Source: Cyanobacteria bacterium P01_D01_bin.156 (lineage in GTDB: Bacteria; Cyanobacteriota; Cyanobacteriia; Phormidesmidales; Phormidesmidaceae). From it: a stretch of 61,528 nt of DNA. The stretch covers positions 1 to 61,528 of the forward strand of contig JBCCQQ010000036.1 of NCBI GenBank assembly GCA_039024555.1. The letters are read 5' to 3'. The position numbers and the translations under genes are program-made. The notes beneath the pieces were generated by a model. That model did no database searches. It was not told the DNA's origin and saw only the letters and a program-made list of their open reading frames with translations. Below, piece by piece: positions 30,224 to 40,188 of the stretch (its first letter is position 1; every line of letters begins with the position of its first letter).

Positions 30224-30629
30224 AAATAATACTCCAAAGCTAAAACTTAAAATTTTTCATAAATCGGGACTAATATAAGCCACACCTTAAAGGACACGAA
30301 TCATAACGACTCTTATCCGGATTAGCTGGATAAATCAACTCGGACTTAACCATACCCATATATAAAGAACAGTTCCACGACATTCCTAAGAAAAGTGGAA
30401 GCTTTTTAAATAGACAGGTTGGCTCTAAATAAGTTGCTTTCTGTTGAAAAAACAAGTCAGCTGACGATATATCAGTTAGTATTGGCAACCAAATAGCAAT
30501 AACTTATACACATCCAGATAGTATCCAGGTCGCCATTTATGAAATCAAGGTTTTTTGGCGATCCGATTAGCATGTTATGTTAACAATAATTAACCTCTCT
30601 CAGAATTCAGTTGAATTCAGCAGGCAGAA

Positions 30630-31349
30630 TTGCTATCCGATACATCACCTCAATCTACAATCACTGATCAGCTGGCCTTCACTGATCAACGCTCTCCACA
30701 ATCTGATGCCGCCCAAAATCATCGTCTGACTGCTTTTCTTGCAGCAGCTTTTCTAGTCAGTGTCCCTGTATTCATCCAAGCTCCCTTGGTGCGATCTTAC
30801 CCCTGGGTAAGTCTAGGGTTCACACTGATATGGTTGATTGGTGGGATGCGTATGGTCCGAGGTGGAACTCTAAATTTATGGGGTGATCTGACCATTGGTT
30901 TTTCATGGACTTGGCTGGCAGGCAGTATCTATTGGGGATGGTTACGAGAAAACCCTTACATCCATCTGCCAGTTGAAGCTATCGGGCTACCCATTGTTCT
31001 TTACCTGATTAGCCAGCGACGACTACTTGTAGGTAGTTATTTCTATCTAGGCTCGCTCTTGGGTACAGCTATCACCGACATCTATTTCTATTGGGTTGAT
31101 CTGATCCCTTACTGGCAACAGGTGATGCGTGTTGAGCCAGAAGCAGCTGGAAGCATTCTTCACAACGCCTTACTACACATTCAAAACCCCATCGCCGCTG
31201 TTAGAGCTTTGGTTTTGCTCACTATACTGACGCTTGTAGGTGGCTTTGCACTAAAAAGTGGTCATAGTCATCGCTGGGCTTTTGCTGGTGCTGTGCTCAG
31301 TACCATCTTGGTAGATGCTCTCTTCTTAGTTGCCGCCAGTTTTGCATAA
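30630..31349 (+). CDS. DUF3120-type membrane protein
   Basis: FLVSVPVFIQAPLVR, WLAGSIYWGWLR..P..HLPVEA and GTAITD. Confidence 0.8.
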   Translation: MLSDTSPQSTITDQLAFTDQRSPQSDAAQNHRLTAFLAAAFLVSVPVFIQAPLVRSYPWVSLGFTLIWLIGGMRMVRGGTLNLWGDLTIGFSWTWLAGSIYWGWLRENPYIHLPVEAIGLPIVLYLISQRRLLVGSYFYLGSLLGTAITDIYFYWVDLIPYWQQVMRVEPEAAGSILHNALLHIQNPIAAVRALVLLTILTLVGGFALKSGHSHRWAFAGAVLSTILVDALFLVAASFA

Positions 31350-31771
31350 TGCGCCCAGCGTTAGCGTGTGGGGCAGAGTTGCCTGAGGCCAGTTAGAGCT
31401 ATTGGCTGATTGCCATCAAAGTCATTCGGCTCTGCCAAAATATTGACAAATAGAAAAAACTATTCCAAGGTGATGGCTTAGTGCTGCTCTCAGGCTTTGG
31501 GCCAAACCGCTAAGGAAGTTAGCAGACTTGCTAACTCATCCCCTTAAAGGCAAGCAATTTAGCCTATTCGCTAGTTATCAGCTGGAGGTTAATGAGTTAT
31601 TGCGGCGAATGGATATAGATGAAGAAAACGTCTAAATTATTAGCGACAAGTATAAGAAACGAGCAGTATTGTGACCATAACGCACAATAAATAAGTACAA
31701 AGGCTATAGTGCAGTTAGGAAAAGTAGCGTTAAGGTTTAGCTTATAGATTTACTCGAAGTATCGAGGAATA

Positions 31772-32815
31772 GTGTTATCCCCTGAAAAGACTCCGCAAGT
31801 TGGGCCATATCTGGTCCTTAAGACAGATTCAGGTCAACGTCATTTATCGTTGATTGGTAATAGCTGCTGGACGATTGGTCGCAGCGATGATAATAACTTC
31901 GTTTTGCCAGATCGATGGATTTCTCGCAATCATGCCATGTTGCAATTCATGGAAAGCGGGGAGTTTTATTTAATTGACTTGGGCAGCCGCAACGGGTCAT
32001 TTGTAAATGGCCGTCGAGTTAGTGTGCCAGTCACTTTACGCAATGGGGACGCTCTGACTTTTGGGCAGACCGAGCTGCAGTTTTATTGCCCTACCCCTGA
32101 ACCCACTAATTCCAACGATAATTCTTCGCTTAGTTCCAGCGACCACGAATCTACGGCAACCGCAACTTTACACGTGCGTCGACTCATCTCCGTCATGGTG
32201 GTGGACATTCGTGACTTTACGGTGATGACTCGACAGCTAGATGAAAAAATTCTGTCTGAGGTCATTGGTACTTGGTTCCGTCATGCAGGCAACATCATTG
32301 GTGAATACGGCAGCTGGGTCGATAAGTACATCGGCGACGCCGTAATGGCCGTTTGGATTCACGGAACTCAGGAAGTTGAAGCCGAAGAAATGTTGAAAAT
32401 CAGTCGTGCCATCAGTGCGCTGAATGACATGACCCGGAAACTCCATAAGCAGTTTCCTTTGCCATTTCCCCTGCGGGTAGGCGCTGGGGTTAATACAGGT
32501 TATGCCGTTGTGGGCAATACAGGCACTGGTGATCGACCAGACTATACCGCTCTGGGAGATACCGTTAATGCTGCATTCCGATTTGAAAGCTCTACTAAAC
32601 AGCTGGGGCTTGATGTAGCTCTAGGGGCAGAGACCTATAAGTACTTGAGTAAGCTGGGTGCCAACGAGCAAACATTCAAGCGATATTCTGCTCTACTCAA
32701 AGGATATGACAAGCCTTTAACCACTTACGCCTGTACCTTTTCTGATTTAGACCGCTTTTTGATTAGCTACGATCGCCAGTCTTCGGTTCCTGTGGAGTCT
32801 TCTTCGACACCTTAG
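31772..32815 (+). CDS. FHA-domain class III adenylate cyclase (Cya1/CyaD-like)
   Basis: FHA: IGRS, ISRNHA, DLGSRNG. Cyclase: VDIRDFT, DKYIGDAVMA, DYTALGDTVNAAFR. Confidence 0.92.
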   Translation: MLSPEKTPQVGPYLVLKTDSGQRHLSLIGNSCWTIGRSDDNNFVLPDRWISRNHAMLQFMESGEFYLIDLGSRNGSFVNGRRVSVPVTLRNGDALTFGQTELQFYCPTPEPTNSNDNSSLSSSDHESTATATLHVRRLISVMVVDIRDFTVMTRQLDEKILSEVIGTWFRHAGNIIGEYGSWVDKYIGDAVMAVWIHGTQEVEAEEMLKISRAISALNDMTRKLHKQFPLPFPLRVGAGVNTGYAVVGNTGTGDRPDYTALGDTVNAAFRFESSTKQLGLDVALGAETYKYLSKLGANEQTFKRYSALLKGYDKPLTTYACTFSDLDRFLISYDRQSSVPVESSSTP

Positions 32816-32943
32816 GGCTTAAATCCTTTGTGAATGCGTAACAGTCCGCAAAGGATTCTCTGTATTCCTCAACATTGGCACAGCGAAAATGATACGCTGC
32901 TCATTAATGCTGTGTATTAGATTTATAAATCCGGCGGAGAGAG

Positions 32944-33354
32944 ATGAAACGATTCTTTGGCCTATTAATGGCGCTTGGACTAGTATTTGGTACTTTGGTG
33001 AGTGCTGCTCAGCCTGCAGTTGCAAGTATGTTGAGCATGGACACAGTGCTTGTAGCTGAGCTGCCTCGCAACAACATTGATGACAAGCTTGCCACAGAGT
33101 ACGGCTATAAGCTGGACGTGAATAATACTAACGTTGCAGCGTTTAGAAAATATCGGGGTCTATTTCCAACCATTGCAGGAAAAATCATTCGGAATGCGCC
33201 CTACGAAAGCGTAGAGGATATTCTGGAAATTCCTGGATTGAGCGATGTTGAAAAGTCTCGAATCCAGGAAAACATTGATATTTTCACCATTTCCCCTCCC
33301 GATCCTGCCCTGGTTGAGGGAGACGACCGTTACAACAATGGTGCCTACAGGTAA
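32944..33354 (+). CDS. psbU: Photosystem II 12 kDa extrinsic protein
   Basis: Signal peptide; KLDVNNTNVAAF, GLFPTIA..I..NAPYESVED and EGDDRYNNG. Confidence 0.95.
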   Translation: MKRFFGLLMALGLVFGTLVSAAQPAVASMLSMDTVLVAELPRNNIDDKLATEYGYKLDVNNTNVAAFRKYRGLFPTIAGKIIRNAPYESVEDILEIPGLSDVEKSRIQENIDIFTISPPDPALVEGDDRYNNGAYR

Positions 33355-33376
33355 GCCCTCTAAATACGCTTAAGGA

Positions 33377-33419
33377 AAACATGGTGACCTTGGCTTTTCT
33401 AGCTGGGGTCACTGTTTTT
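33377..33419 (+). terminator. psbU terminator
   Basis: GTGACCTTGGC / GCTGGGGTCAC stem with G-U pairs, followed by TGTTTTT. Confidence 0.7.
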
Positions 33420-33494
33420 ATGCTTATCAAGCGGAGCTGGAAGCATCGAGCTCCGTGTAAAGTCTCAATTCCTTAGGATAGATTTAGATTCATC

Positions 33495-33537
33495 ATTGCT
33501 CTTGATAGAGTAGGTTAATCCCTCTATCAAGAGCAAT
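33495..33537. repeat. 16-bp perfect inverted repeat immediately before nadB
   Basis: ATTGCTCTTGATAGAG-N11-CTCTATCAAGAGCAAT, followed by a short T-run containing the TTG start. Confidence 0.9.
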
Positions 33538-33539
33538 TT

Positions 33540-35222
33540 TTGTTGGTGCACTCCCCTATTTTCTCTCAATCACTAGCTTCAGAGTTCGATGTTTTGGTCG
33601 TCGGCGGGGGAGCTGCTGGTTTATACTCTGCGCTCTGTCTGCCTAAACATCTGCAGGTTGGTCTGATCACGAAAGATACGCTAGCAGTCTCTGCCAGCGA
33701 CTGGGCCCAAGGCGGTATTGCTGCTGCGATCGCACCGGACGATGCGCCTGAACTGCATATTGCTGACACCCTAAAAGCGGGGGCCGGGCTGTGCGATCGC
33801 GCAGCCGTGGACGTGCTTGTCCGTAACGCAGGGGAATGTATCCATAACCTCACCACCATGGGCGTTGCCTTTGATCGAACAGGTGACGACCAATTGGCTA
33901 TGACCCTAGAAGCGGCTCATTCCCGTAAGCGAGTACTTCATGCCGCCGACACCACTGGGCGGGCTGTGGTCAGCACCCTGACGACTCAGGTATTAGCACA
34001 GCCCAATATCCACGTCTTTAATCAAACTCTGGCACTAGATTTATGGATGCATGCGGGAGAATGCTGCGGTGTACAGGTAGTCCATCAACAACAGTTAGTT
34101 TGGATAAAGGCCAAAGCCGTTATTTTAGCGACCGGAGGCGGTGGCCAAATCTACTCTCAAACCACCAATCCTGACGCAAGTACCGGGGATGGAGTAGCCA
34201 TGGCCTGGCGAGCTGGGGCTACGTTACGGGATTTAGAGTTTATGCAATTTCATCCAACAGCCCTGACAAAAGCAGGAGCCCCGCGTTTTCTAATCAGTGA
34301 AGCTGTCCGAGGAGAAGGAGCACATCTTGTCGGCAGTAATGGACATCGTTTTGCTTTTGACTACCACCCCGATGGAGAATTAGCCCCTCGGGACATTGTT
34401 AGCCGTGCGATCTTCAACCATTTACAAAAGCATCCTGAGGAATCTGTCGTCTATTTAGATTTACGGGTGATAGACCCTGAACGAGTCCATCACCGGTTTC
34501 CCAATATCATTCGCACATGTCAAAAGTTGGCGGGTATCAATGTCTTTGAAACACCTATACCTGTCTCACCAGCGGCCCATTACTGGATGGGCGGTATTGT
34601 GACCGACTTAAACAGTCAAACTTCCATTCCCCGTTTATATGCTGTTGGAGAAAATGCCAGCACAGGCGTTCATGGAGCAAATCGGCTCGCAAGTAATTCT
34701 TTGCTAGAGTGCTTAGTCTTTGGCGCACAGTTAAACGATCTTACGCCGACAGCGTTACCTGACATGCATCTGCAAGCTGCACAGCAAAAGGAAGATTTGC
34801 AAGGTCTCTCAGCCCTGGAAGCTAATATCCATTGGCTTAGTCACCATCGAACAGCACTGAGAGAATTACTTTGGAACAGTGCCGGTATCTCGCGCAACGC
34901 TACCCAAATGAAAGCTGCCATTGCGGAACTTAGGGGTTGGCAAACCCAGTTTGAGCAGCTCAGTCTTACGACATTAATGAGCTGTCTTAGAGATCACAGT
35001 ATCCATCAGTTGCCTGATCAATTCACGTTTGAAAGCCTGAGACAATGGACCGAGGTACGTAATTTGCTATCGGTTGCCCATATGGTTCTAAAGAGTGCTC
35101 TCTTTCGTGAGGAAAGTCGGGGTGGACACCATCGTAGTGATTATTCAGAGCCAGATCCTCATTGGCAAGTGCACACATTAATTAAAGGAGATCATTGGAG
35201 CTGTTCTGCCCCTCTTTCATAG
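33540..35222 (+). CDS. nadB: L-aspartate oxidase
   Basis: GGGAAG, SDWAQGGIAA, EAAHS..RVLH, QFHPT, ELAPRDIV, HYWMGG, GVHGANRLASNSLLE and REESRGGH. Confidence 0.95.
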   Translation: MLVHSPIFSQSLASEFDVLVVGGGAAGLYSALCLPKHLQVGLITKDTLAVSASDWAQGGIAAAIAPDDAPELHIADTLKAGAGLCDRAAVDVLVRNAGECIHNLTTMGVAFDRTGDDQLAMTLEAAHSRKRVLHAADTTGRAVVSTLTTQVLAQPNIHVFNQTLALDLWMHAGECCGVQVVHQQQLVWIKAKAVILATGGGGQIYSQTTNPDASTGDGVAMAWRAGATLRDLEFMQFHPTALTKAGAPRFLISEAVRGEGAHLVGSNGHRFAFDYHPDGELAPRDIVSRAIFNHLQKHPEESVVYLDLRVIDPERVHHRFPNIIRTCQKLAGINVFETPIPVSPAAHYWMGGIVTDLNSQTSIPRLYAVGENASTGVHGANRLASNSLLECLVFGAQLNDLTPTALPDMHLQAAQQKEDLQGLSALEANIHWLSHHRTALRELLWNSAGISRNATQMKAAIAELRGWQTQFEQLSLTTLMSCLRDHSIHQLPDQFTFESLRQWTEVRNLLSVAHMVLKSALFREESRGGHHRSDYSEPDPHWQVHTLIKGDHWSCSAPLS

Positions 35223-35281
35223 CCTGAGCTAGTCCGTCGATGGACTGATGGAAATCAAGGAAAAAACGATGCCAGCAATCT

Positions 35282-37330
35282 TTAGGGACGCTGTTGACTA
35301 GATGCTATCTGCGCTGCCATTTGCTTATAGGTGGTCGCTGGATCCTTGCAGGTCAGTCCCTGACATACCAAACCAACGATACCCTCTGGCAACGGCTCCT
35401 CAATCGCTAAGATCGTTGTCGGTAAATATTGACTTGAGAGCTTGGCAGCATTCTCCTTAGTCGTACGGACCAAGGTTTGGTGACGAAACCAGTCCAGACC
35501 CTGAAATAGGCTAGGGCAGGCCCTTGTTGCTTGATCCATAACGACACTAAACGCTTTTAATGCCTCTTCTGCACGGTCTAGATAGCTGAGATCCTGGAGC
35601 AATAGGGATAATCTGACTAAGTTTGCGATCGCAACTCCATTAGCTGCAGGGGTGGCACTGTCTTGATAACTACGCTCGCGTACCAGCAAACTATCGCTGG
35701 CATCGCTGGCTGTGTTGTAATACCCGCCAGCAGCCTCACTCCACAACCACTGATCAAACTCAGCTTGGATGGTTCTCGCAGAGGCCAACCAGTTTATGGA
35801 TGGAGTGTCTCTCAACGCTAGGCTAGCCTGCTGAATATCTAACAGCGCTTTGATAAATAGGGCATAGTCTTCAGACTGTGCTAACACCGCTGCAGTGCCT
35901 TCATAGTTCAGGCGGTGGAACCGTCCGTTAATCCATTGGTTATTGAGGATAAATTGCGCCGCCTGAACCGCCAGCTCTAAATAGTCCGACCGGGCAAAGA
36001 CAGCCGCAGCCCGAGCCAACCCGGAAATCATCAGACTATTCCAGGCAGCAATCATCTTAGTATCCGTCACCGGGGGAATGCGTCCCGGCCAAATAGTCGT
36101 TTTAGCCGCATCCGCATCCATAGCTGGGGGAAATATATCGATTTCAGGCTGGCCGTATCGCACAGCCAATAGCTTATTCAAGGCAGCTTCCGTATCAGCC
36201 TGTAGCTGCCCAGGTTGCTGGCGCTGAAGCACAATATTGCCTTCAAAATTTCCTTCAGGCGTAATTGAAAAATCGGCAGACAGGGCAGCAAATTCTTCCT
36301 TAGTGAGTTGCTGCCGTAGCTCGGCTTCGGGCCACACATAAAATGCACCCTCCTCAGGTTCAGCCTCGTCAGACGTCACAAAACTATCGGCATCCTGGGC
36401 AGCGTAAAAATAGCCCGCCCACATTTCCCGTTTTAACCATTGCACCGTGCCATCCAGAGCTCTTTCAAAAGCAGGTTCTTGCTGACCATGACTCCACAGA
36501 TCAGCTAAATACTCCATGATCAGTCCATTGTCATAGAGCATTTTTTCAAAGTGCGGCACCGTCCAAGTGGGGTCAACAGTATAGCGATGAAAGCCCCCCG
36601 CTACGTGATCGTAAATCCCCCCTAGAGCCATATCCACCCCCCGACGATGACAAACTTCGTCAGGCTGAAGCGCAGCATCTACTAAGCGGATGGCACGTAG
36701 GGCGGTCAGTCCATAGGGAATCATCGGAAACCGAGTACCCGGCCCCGATGAATCGAGGATTTTGAGGCTGGCACTCAACCCCCGCACCAACAGCTCGGCA
36801 CTGAGGTTATCGTCTGCAGGCACAACAGTAGACTGCTGCAGAGTTTCTAGAATTTGCGACTTAACAGCACCTACCTTAGGTTTATCGGTATCGTAGAGGG
36901 TCCGAAGAATCTGCAGGAGTTGTAAAAATCCGGGACGACCATAGCGGGGCTCCACAGGAAAATAAGTACCGCCGTAAAAAGGGACTAAGTCATCGGGAGA
37001 TAAAAATATATTGAGTGGCCAACCTCCCTGCCCTACCAGCATTTGCAATGCTTGCATGTAGATACTGTCAAGGTCTGGCCTTTCTTCACGGTCCACCTTA
37101 ATGGGTAGAAAGTTGGCGTTGAGATAATCTGCGATCGCAGCATTTGAAAAGGCCTCACCTTCCATAACCGTACACCAGTGACAGCTGGAGTAGCCCACCG
37201 ACAAAAAAACTGGCTTATCATCACGACGGGCAGCGTCTAAGGCTTCATCGCACCAGGGCCACCAATCGATAGGGTTATAAGCATGCTTACGTAAATAGAG
37301 GCTTTGACTTTGTGCTAACCGATTAACCAT
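35282..37330 (-). CDS. YyaL/SPATA20-like thioredoxin-domain protein (DUF255)
   Basis: NRLAQSQSLYL..HA.NP, GYSSCHWC, KVDREERPD and PHFEKMLYD. Confidence 0.92.
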   Translation of the reverse strand: MVNRLAQSQSLYLRKHAYNPIDWWPWCDEALDAARRDDKPVFLSVGYSSCHWCTVMEGEAFSNAAIADYLNANFLPIKVDREERPDLDSIYMQALQMLVGQGGWPLNIFLSPDDLVPFYGGTYFPVEPRYGRPGFLQLLQILRTLYDTDKPKVGAVKSQILETLQQSTVVPADDNLSAELLVRGLSASLKILDSSGPGTRFPMIPYGLTALRAIRLVDAALQPDEVCHRRGVDMALGGIYDHVAGGFHRYTVDPTWTVPHFEKMLYDNGLIMEYLADLWSHGQQEPAFERALDGTVQWLKREMWAGYFYAAQDADSFVTSDEAEPEEGAFYVWPEAELRQQLTKEEFAALSADFSITPEGNFEGNIVLQRQQPGQLQADTEAALNKLLAVRYGQPEIDIFPPAMDADAAKTTIWPGRIPPVTDTKMIAAWNSLMISGLARAAAVFARSDYLELAVQAAQFILNNQWINGRFHRLNYEGTAAVLAQSEDYALFIKALLDIQQASLALRDTPSINWLASARTIQAEFDQWLWSEAAGGYYNTASDASDSLLVRERSYQDSATPAANGVAIANLVRLSLLLQDLSYLDRAEEALKAFSVVMDQATRACPSLFQGLDWFRHQTLVRTTKENAAKLSSQYLPTTILAIEEPLPEGIVGLVCQGLTCKDPATTYKQMAAQIASSQQRP

Positions 37331-37384
37331 GGACTAGGCTGGGGACAGCTCCATGAGTGTAACAAGGTTAATCCACACGCAACG

Positions 37385-38104
37385 CTAAGAACAGCCCTCT
37401 GTCCAAGTAACAGCTGGAACTTGTCCCGTACGAAACTGAGTTACTTTGCCACTCTTATCCGTCTCAAAGACCAAACTGAACAGATTAGTCCCAGATGCTT
37501 CAGAGTCTAGAGTCAGATACTCACCGTCTGTGTAGGGATGGGCTGATACCTTCAGCTCACCATCGTAGGCAGTCGAGACGTCGTCTACCGTAGAGCCAAT
37601 ACCAACGCCACTCTTTGTCTTAATTGGGCTACCGGGCCAAATATCAATGCGAATCACCTGATCGTTGACAACCATTAGCCCAATCCCATCAATGGGTCCA
37701 GTCCGTACAGCCTTTTCGGCATCAAAGTTTTCCGGCAAATAATACTGACAAACTGTTGACTGACTTAGCGGTGAAACGACAAAGCTGACACCAGCAGCAT
37801 TGGCCGCCTCTTGAATGGTCATGCCTAACATGACCGGCCCTAAACCACCTATGGAAACCGCTTCTTTTTCCATCGGATGCAACGTTCTAAACTGCTGATT
37901 GACCCTAGCAATCAAAGCATCCACAGCAGTTGCTCGAGCCATCAAATGAGGCACCAGTAGAGACGTTGGCCGGAGTGCCGTGACTTGAGCAACTGCTACT
38001 AAACCGCTGCTAACCAAGGCAGCGGGTAGGGCTCCAAGCAACACACGGCGCACATGTTTGATCAAGGATGGCTTAGACCCAGGCTCTAGAGTTCGATAAG
38101 TCAT
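37385..38104 (-). CDS. Hypothetical exported protein
   Basis: Hydrophobic N-terminal segment; GLGPV.LGMT, GVGIGS and C-terminal EGCS. Confidence 0.7.
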   Translation of the reverse strand: MTYRTLEPGSKPSLIKHVRRVLLGALPAALVSSGLVAVAQVTALRPTSLLVPHLMARATAVDALIARVNQQFRTLHPMEKEAVSIGGLGPVMLGMTIQEAANAAGVSFVVSPLSQSTVCQYYLPENFDAEKAVRTGPIDGIGLMVVNDQVIRIDIWPGSPIKTKSGVGIGSTVDDVSTAYDGELKVSAHPYTDGEYLTLDSEASGTNLFSLVFETDKSGKVTQFRTGQVPAVTWTEGCS

Positions 38105-38296
38105 GATTAGTCTTAAAACGGCGTCCGCTAGCGGATCACCTTAAGGAAAGAAACACCTACTTCTGTAAAAGCCTAATAGAAAGAATAATTTAGAAATGTA
38201 AGTAATAACGCTTAAATCAATTCTTTTCTGCTTTATCTTTATATAGGGAATATCTATATTGCTTTGCTACTCCAAGCTGAGGTTTAAGAGTTTATT

Positions 38297-39436
38297 GTGT
38301 CACAAATTCCGTCTGAATCAGGAACTGACCGTCGTCGCAGTCTTAGTTACGATGAGTTAATTGCCCTTTTTGTCGCATTTTTAACCTTAGGTAGCGTTCT
38401 ATTTTGGGGGTTAACCCGTTCAGGAGTTAACTTATTTGGCCGTACTGGTCTTTTTGATGCAGATGGAGCACCCTCAGTAGTCGGTAATATTGATGGCAAT
38501 ATTCAGGCTCTAGACCTGCCAACAGCTGAACTGGATGATGACGATGATGTCATTGGCTTTGGTACGTCAGAAGCCCTTGGAGCAGCAGGAGCGACCGGTG
38601 CCGTAGGTGGTATTGGTCAGGCTTTAGATAGGGGCTCGCAAGTCATTTCTGCTGGGCAAACTACCCCCATTCAACCCGCCACCACACCTGATAATACAGA
38701 TACTGCTGAAACCCCTCCTGAACAGGAAATTCCAACTGCGGAAGACCCTGCAGTGGTAGCGGCAGAGCCCGAAGCACCTGAGGTACCAGAAGAACCCATT
38801 GCTGCACCACTGGAAGTAACCCAGGAAGCTCTTAAATTTCAGGACGTACCTGATGATTATTGGGCCAAGCCTTACATTGATGCACTGAGTGAGCGGGATG
38901 TCTTTGATGGCATTATCGTTGATGGTATTGAAGAAGAGGATAGCTTCAAACCTGACGAACCCATCAGTAGAGCTCAGCTAGCTCGAGCGATTACAAAAGC
39001 CTTTCCGCTATCAGATGAAGAAGCTGCCATCAATTTTTCAGACGTCGCAGCTGATTTCTGGGCCTTAAGTTTCATCAATGAAGCAGTCAAGGGTGGCTAT
39101 ATGAATGGTTTCCCTGACGGCAGTTTTAAGCCAGACTTACCAGTACCCCGGGTGCAAGCTTTTACTGCAATGGTGACGGGCAGCAAAGCCACTGTGGATG
39201 GTGCGGCTGCAGATGTGGTCCAGCAATATACTGATGCGAATGACATTCAGAACTGGGCAGTGCCCAAAGTTGCGGCGGCTACCCAGGCAGGTTTAGTGGT
39301 TAATCATCCTGATTTAAGCGTTCTAAATCCCAATCAGCCTGCAACTCGCGCCGAGGTTGCTGCGATGATTTATCAAACTTTGGTAGCCCAGGGCAGAATT
39401 GAACCTATCGAGGGCGAGTATATCGTTAAGCCCTAG
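38297..39436 (+). CDS. S-layer homology (SLH) domain protein
   Basis: N-terminal TM, acidic Pro-rich linker and three SLH repeats (FQDVPDDYWA, FSDVAADFWA, YTDANDIQNWA...ATRAE). Confidence 0.9.
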   Translation: MSQIPSESGTDRRRSLSYDELIALFVAFLTLGSVLFWGLTRSGVNLFGRTGLFDADGAPSVVGNIDGNIQALDLPTAELDDDDDVIGFGTSEALGAAGATGAVGGIGQALDRGSQVISAGQTTPIQPATTPDNTDTAETPPEQEIPTAEDPAVVAAEPEAPEVPEEPIAAPLEVTQEALKFQDVPDDYWAKPYIDALSERDVFDGIIVDGIEEEDSFKPDEPISRAQLARAITKAFPLSDEEAAINFSDVAADFWALSFINEAVKGGYMNGFPDGSFKPDLPVPRVQAFTAMVTGSKATVDGAAADVVQQYTDANDIQNWAVPKVAAATQAGLVVNHPDLSVLNPNQPATRAEVAAMIYQTLVAQGRIEPIEGEYIVKP

Positions 39437-39448
39437 TCGGAAATTACT

Positions 39449-40084
39449 GTGGACGGTCTCATAACAGGAAAAGATGGGCAACAGCGCTGCTGGTGGCCCG
39501 GTGAAGACGCTGGTTATCTGGTGTATCACGACCAGGAGTGGGGTCGTCCCGTCAAAGACGATGTAAAGCTATTTGAAAAAATTTGCCTCGAAGGGTTTCA
39601 AGCAGGGTTAAGCTGGCTGACGATTCTTCGCAAGCGGGAGAACTTCCGAACCGCTTTTGACCAGTTTCAATTTGAACGGGTTGCTCGATATACCGAGAGT
39701 ACGGTAGAACAGTTACTGCAAAATTCCAGCATTGTTCGTCACCGTCGTAAGATCGAATCCACCATTAATAACGCTCAACGAGCCTGTGACTTAGTAGATG
39801 AGTACGGCTCTCTGGCTTCCTATTTTTGGCAATATGAACCCAAAGAGCGGCCTAGCAGTTTTAACTACGCTACCCTCTCTAAACTCAGCAAAACATCTGA
39901 ATCGATTGCTCTGAGCAAAGATCTTAAGAGGCGTGGATGGTCATTTATTGGACCCACTACAGCCTATGCTTTTATGCAAGCGATGGGTCTGGTTAACGAT
40001 CATCTCGATGGGTGCTTTGCGCGCGACTTGGTGCAGGCGCAACGCTCTTTATTTGAGCATCCATACAGGGACGTGAGTTTCTAA
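39449..40084 (+). CDS. tag: DNA-3-methyladenine glycosylase I
   Basis: RCWW, YHDQEWG, LEGFQAGLSW.TIL.KR and FIGPTT.YAFMQA.GLVNDH..C. Confidence 0.93.
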   Translation: MDGLITGKDGQQRCWWPGEDAGYLVYHDQEWGRPVKDDVKLFEKICLEGFQAGLSWLTILRKRENFRTAFDQFQFERVARYTESTVEQLLQNSSIVRHRRKIESTINNAQRACDLVDEYGSLASYFWQYEPKERPSSFNYATLSKLSKTSESIALSKDLKRRGWSFIGPTTAYAFMQAMGLVNDHLDGCFARDLVQAQRSLFEHPYRDVSF

Positions 40085-40188
40085 TGTAAATCTTGTAGTG
40101 CAGTCACCCATTACACAGTTGCCGACAAGTCTAGGGCAAACTAAACTCGTTTGATGCATATGTGTCTTTAATGGCATGGAGGTTTCCC

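Noticed and set aside
30316..30321. TCCGGA upstream of uppP as a DIF1 promoter
   Set aside because: An isolated 6-mer is expected many times by chance and has no supporting context.
30270..30488. 72-aa ORF in the uppP/DUF3120 divergent region
   Set aside because: No RBS or family signal; lies in AT-rich promoter DNA.
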